NCBI GenBank assembly: GCA_023251805.1
Contig: JAHEYB010000002.1
Location: forward strand, 35,038 to 99,037
DNA length: 64,000 nt
From: Bacteroidota bacterium
GTDB taxonomy: Bacteria; Bacteroidota; Bacteroidia; 2-12-FULL-35-15
Direction: 5' to 3'
The notes beneath the pieces were generated by a model that had not been told where the DNA came from, did not search any database, and was given only the letters and a program-made list of their open reading frames with translations. The position numbers and the translations under genes are program-made. Below, one piece after another: positions 30,002 through 40,500 of the stretch (position 1 is the stretch's first letter; each line of letters begins with the position of its first letter).

Positions 30002-30540
30002 TATAAAGTATTTTTATAATCCATGTCTGTATAACTTCTTTGTTTTCCAGCAGCACGATATTCTTCTAATAAATTATCTACTTTTTCGAACGTTAAATTT
30101 TCGTGATACGATGCTCCACATTGTAATAATGGTGCCGTTCCACAGCTTCCTAAACATTCAACTGTTTTAATGGTAAACATTCCATCTTTTGTAGTTTCGC
30201 CTTCTTTTATTCCTAATTTTTTCTCTAAGTGTTTTACGATATCTTCTGCTCCGCGAGTCCAGCAAGAAGAAGTACGACAAACTTCCAACAAACATTTGCC
30301 AACAGGTTTTAAATTGTACATCGAATAAAAAGATGCTACTTCATACACTTCAATTGGTTTAATGTTTAAAACAGAAGCAACGTAATCCATTGTTTCAGGG
30401 CTTAACCAACCACCAAATTCAGCCTGAGCAATGTGCAAAATCGGAAGTAAAGCCGACTTGTGTTTGCCTTCAGGATACCGCTTAATCATCTTGTGAACCA
30501 AGGCAAGCGTTTCTTCGTTAAATTTTATTTCTTGTGACAC
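30001..30540 (-). CDS. nuoE: NADH-quinone oxidoreductase subunit E
   Basis: GTG start; VCRTSSC, ECLGSCGTAP 2Fe-2S ligands; TAATG overlap with nuoF. Confidence 0.96.
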   Translation of the reverse strand: MSQEIKFNEETLALVHKMIKRYPEGKHKSALLPILHIAQAEFGGWLSPETMDYVASVLNIKPIEVYEVASFYSMYNLKPVGKCLLEVCRTSSCWTRGAEDIVKHLEKKLGIKEGETTKDGMFTIKTVECLGSCGTAPLLQCGASYHENLTFEKVDNLLEEYRAAGKQRSYTDMDYKNTL

Positions 30541-30574
30541 TATTATATTTTGTTTTAATAATAATCATTCTCTC

Positions 30575-30660
30575 ATCCCCCTGCCCCCTTCAAAGGGGGA
30601 CTTGCTCCGAAACATTATTTTTTCTTTGCCACTTGCCAACTTTTTTTGTTGCCAACTGAA
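30575..30660. repeat. C/G-rich REP-like hairpin plus TTGCCA(A)C heptamer patch
   Basis: ATCCCCCTGCCCCCTTCAAAGGGGGAC (30575-30601); TTGCCACTTGCCAAC...TTGCCAACT (about 30626-30657). Confidence 0.72.
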
Positions 30661-31878
30661 CTACGCATCTAATTCTCCAGCGATGACATTCATGCTACTC
30701 ATTGTTAAAATTGCATCTGATAATAATCCGCCTCTAATCATTTCTGCGTAAGCTTGATAATAAATAAAGCATGGTCTGCGCATATGCAAACGATAAGGAG
30801 TTCTACCACCATCACTAATTAAGTAATAACCAAGTTCTCCGTTACCACCTTCAACCGCATGATATACTTCCCCTTTCGGAATTTCTGTTTCCCCCATCAC
30901 AATTTTAAAGTGATAAATTAATGCTTCCATGTTGTTGTATACTTCTTCTTTTGGAGGAAGGAAAAATTCAGGAACATCGGCATGAAAAATACCTTCCGGT
31001 TCTTTTTTAATTTTTGCGATTGCTTGATGAATAATTTTCACGCTCTCCCACATTTCTTGCTGACGAACCATGAAGCGATCGTAAGTGTCGCCTTGTGTTC
31101 CAACTGGAATAATAAAATCAAACTCTTCGTAAGAGCAATATGGATTCATTACACGCACATCGTAATCTACTCCTGCTGCACGTAAGTTTGGTCCAGAAAA
31201 ACTATAGTTCAATGCACGCTCTGCTGATATTGGTCCGCAGTTAATTGTACGATCCATGAAAATTCTGTTTCTCATTAAAAGATTTTCAAATTCTTTTAAT
31301 GCAGGAGGGAAGTCAATTAAAAATTTATCGAGTAAGTCCCACGCTTTCGGAGAGAAATCTCTTTCTAATCCACCAATGCGACCAATGTTTGTTGTTAAAC
31401 GTGCTCCACATAATTCTTCATAGATATCATAAATGCGTTCGCGCATTTGGAAGATATATAAGAAGCCAGTCATTGCACCTGTATCCACGCCAATAACCGA
31501 ATTACAAATAACGTGATCAGAAATTCTTGCCAATTCCATAATGATCACTCGCAGATATTGAACACGTTTTGGAATTTCAACTCCCAATAATTTTTCTACT
31601 GTCATGTGCCAACCCATGTTGTTGATTGGAGAAGAGCAATAATTTAAACGATCGGTGATAGGAGTAATTTGATAGTACGGTCTGCGTTCTGACAACTTTT
31701 CAAATGCACGGTGAATGTATCCAACAGTTGCTTCGGAGTCCATAATTATTTCGCCATCCATTTTCAACACGTTCTGAAAAATACCGTGTGTAGCGGGATG
31801 TGTAGGGCCAAGGTTAAGAGTAGAGTATTCTTTCTCTATTAGCTCTTGGTTTGTATTTATGTTCTTCTCTTTGCTCAT
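30661..31878 (-). CDS. nuoD: NADH-quinone oxidoreductase subunit D
   Basis: Start moved to MSKEK (31878); LNLGPTHPATHG, GYIHRAFEK, DRLNYCS. Confidence 0.96.
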   Translation of the reverse strand: MSKEKNINTNQELIEKEYSTLNLGPTHPATHGIFQNVLKMDGEIIMDSEATVGYIHRAFEKLSERRPYYQITPITDRLNYCSSPINNMGWHMTVEKLLGVEIPKRVQYLRVIIMELARISDHVICNSVIGVDTGAMTGFLYIFQMRERIYDIYEELCGARLTTNIGRIGGLERDFSPKAWDLLDKFLIDFPPALKEFENLLMRNRIFMDRTINCGPISAERALNYSFSGPNLRAAGVDYDVRVMNPYCSYEEFDFIIPVGTQGDTYDRFMVRQQEMWESVKIIHQAIAKIKKEPEGIFHADVPEFFLPPKEEVYNNMEALIYHFKIVMGETEIPKGEVYHAVEGGNGELGYYLISDGGRTPYRLHMRRPCFIYYQAYAEMIRGGLLSDAILTMSSMNVIAGELDA

Positions 31879-31887
31879 TATCTTCTG

Positions 31888-32358
31888 TAAGTCAAAAGTT
31901 TTAAAGTCAAAAGTCAAAAAGACTTTATCTTTATTTTTTTAAGTTAATTATTATTGTTTCAAGCACTTTTGAAATTTCTAATAATTCGCTTTTATCATTT
32001 TTCATTAAATCACTCTTTAAATCATATCCTTCTTCTAATACTTCCATCCAATAATCTGTTTCATTTGCAGAACGTAAAGCAATTTCATAGTACCTTATCA
32101 ATTCTTTTTTTGAACTACTCGCTTACCCTTCTCTAACATTTGCACCAACTGATGTTCCGCTACGCAATATTTGATCTCTTAAAGAATATTCAACACCCTT
32201 AGCTTTTAATTCAATTGTTAACTTTATTATTCTTACTGCAAACTTCTTTGTTCTAAGCCTAATATCCTTTTCGTATTCCATAAATCCTTGCAACAATCAA
32301 AAGCTTTTTTGACTTTTTACCTTTTCTTTTGACTTTCTCCCTTTTGACTTTTGACTTT
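31888..32358. mobile_element. Putative four-helix-bundle cassette 2 bounded by inverted AAGTCAAAA arrays
   Basis: AAAGTCAAAAGTCAAAA (31903-31919) inverted to TTTTGACTTTTGACTTT (32342-32358); 25-nt end identical to cassette 1; between nuoC and nuoD. Confidence 0.55.
31931..32281 (-). pseudogene. Four helix bundle protein paralog with in-frame TAA at codon 53
   Basis: Manual translation MEYEKDIRLRTKKFAVRIIKLTIELKAKGVEYSLRDQILRSGTSVGANVREG*ASSSKKELIRYYEIALRSANETDYWMEVLEEGYDLKSDLMKNDKSELLEISKVLETIIINLKK; same 351-nt length as 28245-28595; stop at 32123-32125. Confidence 0.9.
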
Positions 32359-32359
32359 C

Positions 32360-32866
32360 CTACCTTCCAAACATTTTATCATCTTTATCTTCACGTGTTC
32401 CATCTTCCAATGCGTATTCTTTTCTCATTGGGAAATATCCTAAATCATCCATATTTAAAATGCGTTTTAGGTTTGGATGGCCTCTGAAAATAATTCCGAA
32501 GAAATCATACTCTTGTCTTTCCATCCAATTAGCAGCAGAAAAAACAGGAGAGATGGAGGGAACATTCACATCGCTACTGCTAAAAAATATTTTTATTCTG
32601 ATCCGTAAATTTTTTTGAAGGTTGTGTAACTGATACATCACAGCAAATTCTTGTCCTGCATTATCAGGATAATGAATAGTTGCCATGGTTGTTAAATATT
32701 GAAAAGCAAGTTCTTCATCTTTGTAAAGAAAATCGGCTACATCACAAATGATATCACGCTTCACAACAAACTCAGGATAATCAACATTCATCTTAGATGA
32801 AATAAATCCATCACCGAATTGTGTTTTTAGCTTTTGTTCAACTATCGTTAATAAATTATTCTCCAT
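32360..32866 (-). CDS. nuoC: NADH-quinone oxidoreductase subunit C
   Basis: AANWMERQEYDFFGIIFRGHPNLKRIL, PMRKEY. Confidence 0.96.
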   Translation of the reverse strand: MENNLLTIVEQKLKTQFGDGFISSKMNVDYPEFVVKRDIICDVADFLYKDEELAFQYLTTMATIHYPDNAGQEFAVMYQLHNLQKNLRIRIKIFFSSSDVNVPSISPVFSAANWMERQEYDFFGIIFRGHPNLKRILNMDDLGYFPMRKEYALEDGTREDKDDKMFGR

Positions 32867-32872
32867 TTTTTT

Positions 32873-32928
32873 CTTTTAACTTTCCTGCCCGACCGGCAGG
32901 CGGGTGAATTTCCGCTCTTTTAACTTTC
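32873..32928. repeat. CCTGCC-GGCAGG hairpin embedded between two CTTTTAACTTTCC units
   Basis: 38/40 nt identical (reverse complement) to 62993-63032 inside rnr. Confidence 0.85.
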
Positions 32929-33489
32929 CTATTCCATTCCGTAGCTATTCAACAATGCTTTGTACTCAGGAGAATCTCTTCTTCTGATAGATTCTGATTC
33001 AACCAATTTTTGAATTTGTAAAATTCCATCCAATACTTGTTCGGGGCGAGGAGGGCAACCAGGAATGTAAACATCTACCGGTATCACTCTATCAATTCCT
33101 TGAAGCACACTATATGTATCAAAAATTCCACCGCTAGAAGCGCAAGCACCCATTGACAGCACCCATTTTGGCTCTGCCATTTGTTCGTATACCTGACGTA
33201 ATACCGGAGCCATTTTTTTAGAGATGGTTCCCATTACCATTAATAAATCTGCTTGACGCGGAGAGAAACTTAAACGCTCAGCCCCAAAACGACCTAAATC
33301 GTACGTAGATGCCATGGTTGCCATGAATTCGATTCCACAACAAGAGGTTGCAAAAGGCAATGGCCATAATGAATTTGCACGCGCCATTCCAACTACTTTA
33401 TCGATACGTGTTGCAAAAAAACCCGGACCTTCCATTCCCGGAGGAGCATCTGCATCTAAGTTTACTTTTGATTTTTCTTTTGTTGACAT
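32929..33489 (-). CDS. nuoB: NADH-quinone oxidoreductase subunit B
   Basis: TSCCGIE, SPRQAD, MGACASSGG, PGCPPRPE. Confidence 0.98.
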   Translation of the reverse strand: MSTKEKSKVNLDADAPPGMEGPGFFATRIDKVVGMARANSLWPLPFATSCCGIEFMATMASTYDLGRFGAERLSFSPRQADLLMVMGTISKKMAPVLRQVYEQMAEPKWVLSMGACASSGGIFDTYSVLQGIDRVIPVDVYIPGCPPRPEQVLDGILQIQKLVESESIRRRDSPEYKALLNSYGME

Positions 33490-33491
33490 TA

Positions 33492-33523
33492 CTACGAATT
33501 ACGAATTTTAACGAATTACAAAT
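33492..33523. repeat. Heptamer array (ACGAATT)
   Basis: ACGAATTACGAATTTTAACGAATTACAAAT directly upstream of nuoB start. Confidence 0.8.
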
Positions 33524-33539
33524 CTGTGTGTTTGAAAAA

Positions 33540-33938
33540 TTAATTTAAAGTAATCACCATTCCGGGGACTTGTTTGGCGGCTTTTCCGCTTTGAACAATT
33601 TCAACAGAACCAATTTCCAACTTATCACCTAACTTTTTTTCCTTGTGTAATTTTTCTATCGCCTCCATCGCTCCTTTTGTAAACCTGTTTCCTTGCTGCG
33701 TATATTCAACAAACACAAAATCTTTTTTTTCCTTAACTTTCAATGTGATAATAAAATAACTAACAGAGGCGCCTTTATCTAATGCCGTTAATTCTTTTTT
33801 GCAAGCCATAAATTCATTATAGGTCATTGTACAGTCGCCAGTTTTTCCACAAAAAGAAAATGCAGATTTTGTATCTTGAGCAAAAGATAATTGTGATGTA
33901 ATAAAAACAATGAACGCGATTCTTAATAAATACTTCAC
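33540..33938 (-). CDS. Secreted hypothetical protein, possibly a GldM C-terminal-like domain, inserted between nuoA and nuoB
   Basis: GTG start, signal peptide VKYLLRIAFIVFITSQLSFAQ; VSYF...GNRFT...I....GDKLEI...V pattern reminiscent of the GldM last domain (by eye). Confidence 0.65.
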   Translation of the reverse strand: MKYLLRIAFIVFITSQLSFAQDTKSAFSFCGKTGDCTMTYNEFMACKKELTALDKGASVSYFIITLKVKEKKDFVFVEYTQQGNRFTKGAMEAIEKLHKEKKLGDKLEIGSVEIVQSGKAAKQVPGMVITLN

Positions 33939-33976
33939 CCCTTTTGACTTTTCGCTTTGTACTCTTTTGACTTTTC

Positions 33977-34354
33977 TTATTCCCACTTTAAAGCACCTTT
34001 TTTAATGATATAATAAAAGCCAACCAATAGAAAGGCTACAAAAGTTAGCATTTCCACAAATCCGGTTAAGCCCAATTGTTTAAAATTAACTGCCCAAGGG
34101 TACATAAAAATCACCTCCACATCGAACAATACGAATAGGATGGCTACAAGAAAATACTTTATGGAAAAGGGCAAGCGTGCGTTTCCTTGCACTTCGATAC
34201 CACATTCAAAGGTGTCGTTTTTAATTTTTGATTTCTTTTTTGGTCCTAGTTTATGCGTTAAAAACAGCATAAACATTACAAATCCAAGGGCAACAATAAA
34301 CATTAAAGCAATTGGAAGAAAATCAACAGGAGTACTCTGAACCGATAACAACAT
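33977..34354 (-). CDS. nuoA: NADH-quinone oxidoreductase subunit A
   Basis: FECG, YFLVAILFVLFDVEVIFMYPWA, KGALKWE. Confidence 0.97.
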   Translation of the reverse strand: MLLSVQSTPVDFLPIALMFIVALGFVMFMLFLTHKLGPKKKSKIKNDTFECGIEVQGNARLPFSIKYFLVAILFVLFDVEVIFMYPWAVNFKQLGLTGFVEMLTFVAFLLVGFYYIIKKGALKWE

Positions 34355-34426
34355 ATAAAGGTGTTTTTGTCTGTTTTACGAATCAATTTTAGGTATTTAT
34401 TTCGAAATAACCTCAATTTTTGCGAA

Positions 34427-34434
34427 CAAATTTA
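34427..34434 (-). promoter_or_regulatory. -7 box for nuo operon
   Basis: TAAATTTG on minus strand 72 nt upstream of nuoA. Confidence 0.55.
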
Positions 34435-34520
34435 ATGTTTTATATATATGATATGTTACTTATTGGATTATTTAGACGGAATCTACTTTATAGCCATTGA
34501 AATGGAGCATTATACAAATA

Positions 34521-34556
34521 AAAAAGCCCTGAACAAGATGTTGTTCAGGGCTTTTT
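34521..34556 (-). terminator. Terminator of giant T9SS protein gene
   Basis: AAAAAGCCCTGAACAA-gatg-TTGTTCAGGGCTTTTT. Confidence 0.9.
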
Positions 34557-34571
34557 CACAATTATTAAAAC

Positions 34572-37500
34572 TTAGTACACAATAATCTTTTTCACTACTT
34601 CATGTTTCTCATTTGTTAATGAAATTGTGTAGACTCCTTTTCCATAATCAACAACACTTAATTGTTTAGTGTATTGACCTGAGAAATCGTTTACTTCATC
34701 TTTAAAGATTAATTGACCCAAAGCATTTGTCAATTCCAAAGTATATGTTCCTTTAACAGAAACATTGAAGGAAACATTAAAGTTTCCATCGTTTGGATTT
34801 GGATAGATACTTAACAAATAAGGATTTGATGTTTGGTCCATTCCAGTTGTTGTAATCACTTCTGGGGCAGATGCTGCGGAAGAACAACCACCAATTGTTA
34901 CAACAACGGTATACGTTCCGTTTGCAGTAAACACGTAAGTTTGATTTGTTTCACCTGCAATTGGTGTTCCGTTCAAATACCATTGGTTTCCTGTTGCGGA
35001 GCTGGATGTTAAGGTAGAGCCCGACAAAGAAATTGTTGGTGTAGGAGGTGTAGGAGTTACAACCATTGTAATTCCAGTGCTGGTTGCGGTAAGCGGACTA
35101 GCACAAGTTGCATTGGATGTTAAAATACACGTTACTACATCGCCATTTGCAAGCGTTGTTGTTGTATATGTTGTTCCACCTGTTCCAACATTTGCTCCGT
35201 TCACTTGCCATTGGTAAGTTGGAGTGGTTCCACCATTTGTTGGGGTTGCTGTAAACGTTACAGATGTTCCCGAGCAAATTGCTCCGGATGGAGCAGCTAC
35301 AATACTTACTGCGGGTACAAGTGTAGGGTTCACAGTAATTGTGATTGCATTAGATGTTGCTGTTGGTGTGCTCGGACAAGTTGCATTGGATGTCATAATA
35401 CAAGTTACAATATCGCCATTCACAAGTGTCGTTGACGTATAAGTTGTTCCGCCTGTTCCCACGTTGGTTCCATTCAATTGCCATTGATACGTTGGAGTTG
35501 TTCCACCATTTGTTGGTGTTGCAGTAAATGTAACTGAAGTTCCGACACATATTGCTCCGGATGGACTCGCTACAATGCTTACCGAAGGCACCACAATAGG
35601 ATTTACAACCATTGTGATTGCATTAGATGTGGCAGTAGTTGGACTAGCGCATGGAGAACTAGAGGTTAATATACAGGTTACGATTTGCCCGTTTGTTAAC
35701 GTGCTACTAGTATAAGTTGTTCCGCCTGTTCCAACATTCGCCCCGTTCACTTGCCATTGATATGTAGGTGTTGTTCCACCTCCACCAGCAGTTGCAGTGA
35801 AAGTAACAGATGTTCCTGCGCAAATTGCCCCACTTGGGCTAGCAACAATTGCATTGGTTGGTACAACACTGCCGCTTACAACAACGACAGTTGTTCCTAC
35901 CGGACTAGTACAACCGGCAACTGTAACTGTTACACTATATGTTCCAGCCATTGCTGCTGTTGCTCCTGGACGACTTGGATCTTCTAAAGCAGAAGCAAAT
36001 GCACTTGGGCCTGTCCAGCTATAAGTTGCGCCTGCTACGGTGTTTGATGTTAACAAAATTGTTGAGCCGGTACATACCGGAGAATTACTTCCAGCTGTTG
36101 GAGCCGCAGGAATAGGGTTCACAACAATTGTAACAGTTCCCGCTAAACTTGTACAGCCGCCATTGGTAACCGTTAATGAATAGGTTCCACCCATAACCGT
36201 AGTTACACTGGTTAAGGCCGGTGGATTGCGCACTCCAGCAGCATAACTATTCGGGCCTGTCCACGAGTAAGTATATCCACCACCTAAATTTGGTGTTGTT
36301 AAAGTAATAGTTCCGCCTGCGCAAATTGCTGCAGGAGTTGTGCTTCCATTAATACTTGGAACCGGTGTTGCGGGCAATGCATTTACAACAACTGTTGTTG
36401 TTGCTACAGCGCTTGTGCAGCCACCAACTGTTACTGTTAAACTATATGTTCCAGCCATTGCTAATGTTGCACTTGCAATTGTTGGATCTTCTAATGCAGA
36501 AGTAAATCCGCTAGGTCCCGTCCAAGAGTATGTTGCTCCGGCAATTGTATTTGAAGTTAAACTAATCGTTTGTCCAACACAATCAGGAGTACTACTTCCT
36601 ACAGTTGGAGTTGCAGGGGCACTGTTTACGACAACTGTGGTGGTGCCCACTAAACTAGTACAACCGCCCACAGTTATTGTTACACTGTAAGTTCCGGCCA
36701 TTGCAGTAGTTGCGCTCGCAATTGTTGGATTTTGCAAGGCTGATGAATACGCTAGAGGGCCTGTCCATGCATACGTTGCGCCTGCTACTGTTGGCGTTGC
36801 CAAAGAGATGGTTGCACCCACACAATAAGGACCAGTGTTTGTTGCTGTTGGTGTGGCTGGTAAAGCATTTACCACTACTGATGTTGTGCCTGCCGCACTT
36901 GTACAACCGCCAACTGTGATGGTTACACTATAAGTTCCGGCCATTGCTAAAGTTGAACTTGCAATAGTTGGATTTTGTACGGCTGATGAGTATGCTAAAG
37001 GACCTGTCCATGCATACGTTGCGCCTGCTACTGTTGGCGTTGCCAAAGAGATAGTTGCTCCTACACAATAAGGACCTGTGTTTGTTGCTGTTGGTGTGGC
37101 AGGTGGCGAACTCACTACCACTGTAGTTGTACCTACTAAACTTGTACAACCGCCAACTGTGATGGTTACACTATAAGTTCCGGCCATTGCTAAAGTTGAA
37201 CTTGCTATGGTTGGATTTTGTAAGGCTGATGAATATGCTAAAGGACCTGTCCATGCATACGTTGCGCCTGCTACTGTTGGCGTTGCCAAACTGATAGTTG
37301 CGCCTACGCAATAAGGACCTGTGTTTGTTGCTGTTGGAGTGGCTGGTAAGGCATTTACCACCACTGTGGTTGTACCTACTAAACTTGTGCAACCGCCTAC
37401 AGTTATTGTAACACTATAGGTTCCGGCCATTGCAACTGTTGCTCCGGGACGAGTTGGATTTTGCAAAGCTGATGCAAAAGCGCTTGGACCAGTCCATGCA

Positions 37501-40500
37501 TATGTTGCGCCTGCTACTGTTGGTGTTGCCAAAGTGATAGTTGCGCCTACACAATAAGGGCCTGTGTTTGTTGCTGTTGGTGTTGCTGGTAATGCATTTA
37601 CCACAACCGTGGTTGTTCCTGCTGCACTTGTACAACCACCTACTGTTATGGTTACACTATAAGTTCCGGCCATTGCGGTTGTTGCACTTGCAATGGTTGG
37701 ATTTTGTAAGGCTGATGAATATGCGCTTGGACCCGTCCATGCATACGTTGCGCCTGCTACTGTTGGAGTGGATAATGCAATTGTTCCACCTACACAATAA
37801 GGGCCTGTATTTGTTGCTGTTGGTGTTGCAGGCGGGGAATTTACTACTACTGTTGTTGTGCCTACTAAACTTGTACAACCGCCTACTGTTATTGTAACAC
37901 TATATGTTCCGGCCATTGCCACGGTTGCTCCCGGGCGAGTTGGATTTTGTAAGGCTGAAGCAAAGGCACTTGGGCCTGTCCATGAATACGTTGCCCCCGC
38001 TACTGTTGGAGTTGCCAAACTGATAGTTGCGCCTACGCAATAAGGGCCTGTGTTTGTTGCTGTTGGAGTGGCTGGTAAGGCATTTACCACCACTGTGGTT
38101 GTACCTACTAAACTTGTGCAACCGCCTACAGTTATTGTAACACTATAGGTTCCTGCCATTGCAACTGTTGCTCCGGGACGAGTTGGATTTTGCAAAGCTG
38201 ATGCAAAAGCGCTTGGGCCTGTCCATGCATACGTTGCACCCGCTACTGTTGGCGTTGCCAAAGTGATAGTTGCGCCTACACAATAAGGACCTGTGTTTGT
38301 TGCTGTTGGTGTAGCTGGCAATGCATTTACCACTACTGTCGTTGTTCCAGGTAAACTTGTACAACCGCCTACTGTTATGGTTACACTATACGTTCCGGCC
38401 ATTGCGGTTGTTGCACTTGCAATGGTTGGATTTTGTAAGGCTGATGAATATGCGCTTGGACCCGTCCATGCATACGTTGCGCCTGCTACTGTTGGAGTAG
38501 ATAATGCAATTGTTCCACCTACACAATAAGGACCTGTATTTGTTGCTGTTGGTGTGGCAGGCAAGGCATTTACCGTCATTGTAATTGCGTTGGAAGTAGC
38601 CGGACTGCCGGTTACTCCAGGTAAATTGGAAGTCATAACACATGTTACAATATTTCCATTTGCCAACGTGGTGGTTGTGTATATTGGTGATGTTGCACCG
38701 CCTACAGGCACTCCATTAATATACCATTGGTATGTTGGTGCTGAACCACCATTGGTTGGTGTTGCTGTAAACGTAGCAGATGCTCCAGCGCACATTGGAT
38801 TTGTTCCAGCTGTTTGTGCAATTACTACACTTGCAACCGGAGCTCCTGTTCCAGTGATATTAATATTATCTAAATAAAGCATTTGTCCCCAGCCCGATTT
38901 GTTTTGGAATTTCACCATCACATTTGCTTGTCCAGCATAAGGAGTCATACTCACATTTTCCGTTCTCCATTGCGCTGCAGTGGGAACAAAAACGGTTGAA
39001 TTATTATCAGGTGCGGTTGCTAATACTGTGCTTCCTTTTGCATAAACTCTAGCCCAAGTAGCGCCACAATTTGTAGAAACAAAAACAATTAATGAATCAA
39101 AATAAGTTGCATCATATCTACAATAAGCAACATCAAAAGTCATATTAGCAGTTGACACTCCCGTGAAATTATATTTCGGAGTTATCATTTCATCAAGGTA
39201 CCCTGCTGTAGAAGTGGCAGGTGTTAAGTTATCCATTGATGCAGATTGAGTACTTGCTCCAAACCCCCCACAGGCAGTTGATTGCGTCCAAGCAAAATCC
39301 GCATCTGGATTTATTAGTTGCCAGCCCGGTGGAATAAATGTTGCCTGAAAGCCTTCTACTAAAGGTAAAGCAATAGGTGAAGAAACAGTAATGTATCCCA
39401 CTTTTGTTTCTCCGTCACTTCCGTTTATATTGGTTGCTGTTAACACAACTTGATACGTTCCGGCTGTATTATAACAAATGTTTGTAGGATTTTGTAACGT
39501 TGATGTTGCAGGTGTTCCACCTGTAAATGTCCAGCTCCAAGATGTTGGAGAGCCTGAAGAAATATCTGTAAAATTAATACAATCACCTACACAAATATTA
39601 GTTCTGTTAGCTGTGAAGTCGGCCACAGGAGGCGAAGTGCCAGGTGAAGCTAAATCTGATTGCCAAATACTACGACCGAATGTTGCTGCTCTTAATTTAG
39701 AAGCAGTATATTGAATTTCTAATTCTCTAACTGAAACATTTGGTAAACCTGTGTTGTAAGCAGCCCAAGAACCCGAAGTATTATCACGATAATAAACACC
39801 TACATCTGTTCCAACATAAAGCGGATCATTAACAGAGCTTCCTTGGTAGACAATACAATTGGCAGGAAGATTTGGTAAGCCTGTAGAATAATTACTCCAC
39901 GTTACACCAGCATCAGCAGAATACCAAACTTTGTTTGCAGCTGAGTATCCTGAAAAAGTAACCCAAACTCTATTTGCGTTTAGTGGGTCAATAGCAATAT
40001 AAGAAATAGATGCGGATGCTGTAGGAAGTCCAGCTGTTCTATCAACAAAAGCTGCGCCTGTAGTACACGCATAAAACCTGTTTATTTTAGCTGCATAAAT
40101 GTAGTTGATGTTAGAAGCTGCATTAGCAATTGCAATTAGACTTCCGGTTCCACCGGAAATGGTTCCCACTTGAGCCCACGTTGCGCCACTATTTGTACTT
40201 TTAAACACTTGAGATTTTCCTACAAATAAAGTTGCTGCATTGGTTGGAGCCTCGCAATAAGGAGTTACCCAATCACCGTCTTCGTTCACTGTTCCTGCTG
40301 CACCTCCACTGCTAACTATTGTAGTTGTATAGTTTCCGGCTGTGGTAGTTTTTCTGATATCGCCATAGTATAATTCACCGTATTGTATGTTGGCATTGGA
40401 CCAATCTATCAAACACTCCATACCATCACCACCTAAAGGTCTTGTCCAAGCTGCTGTTCCCGTCCATCTTGCGGTTCCATTGTCTTGCCAACCAGTATTT

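Noticed and set aside
31879..31917. N-terminal extension MTFDFKTFDLQKI of NuoD
   Set aside because: Translation of the heptamer array; the plausible start is ATG at 31878.
32123..32125. Programmed stop-codon recoding
   Set aside because: TAA is the ordinary stop throughout the window; a single nonsense change or consensus error is simpler.
28245..32281. Diversity-generating retroelement (Avd-like genes)
   Set aside because: No reverse transcriptase and no template/variable repeat pair with adenine-specific mismatches seen in the window.
36655..38643. Series of 73-85-aa minus-strand ORFs as a peptide array
   Set aside because: Alternative-frame shadows of the 243-bp repeats within the 2503-aa gene.
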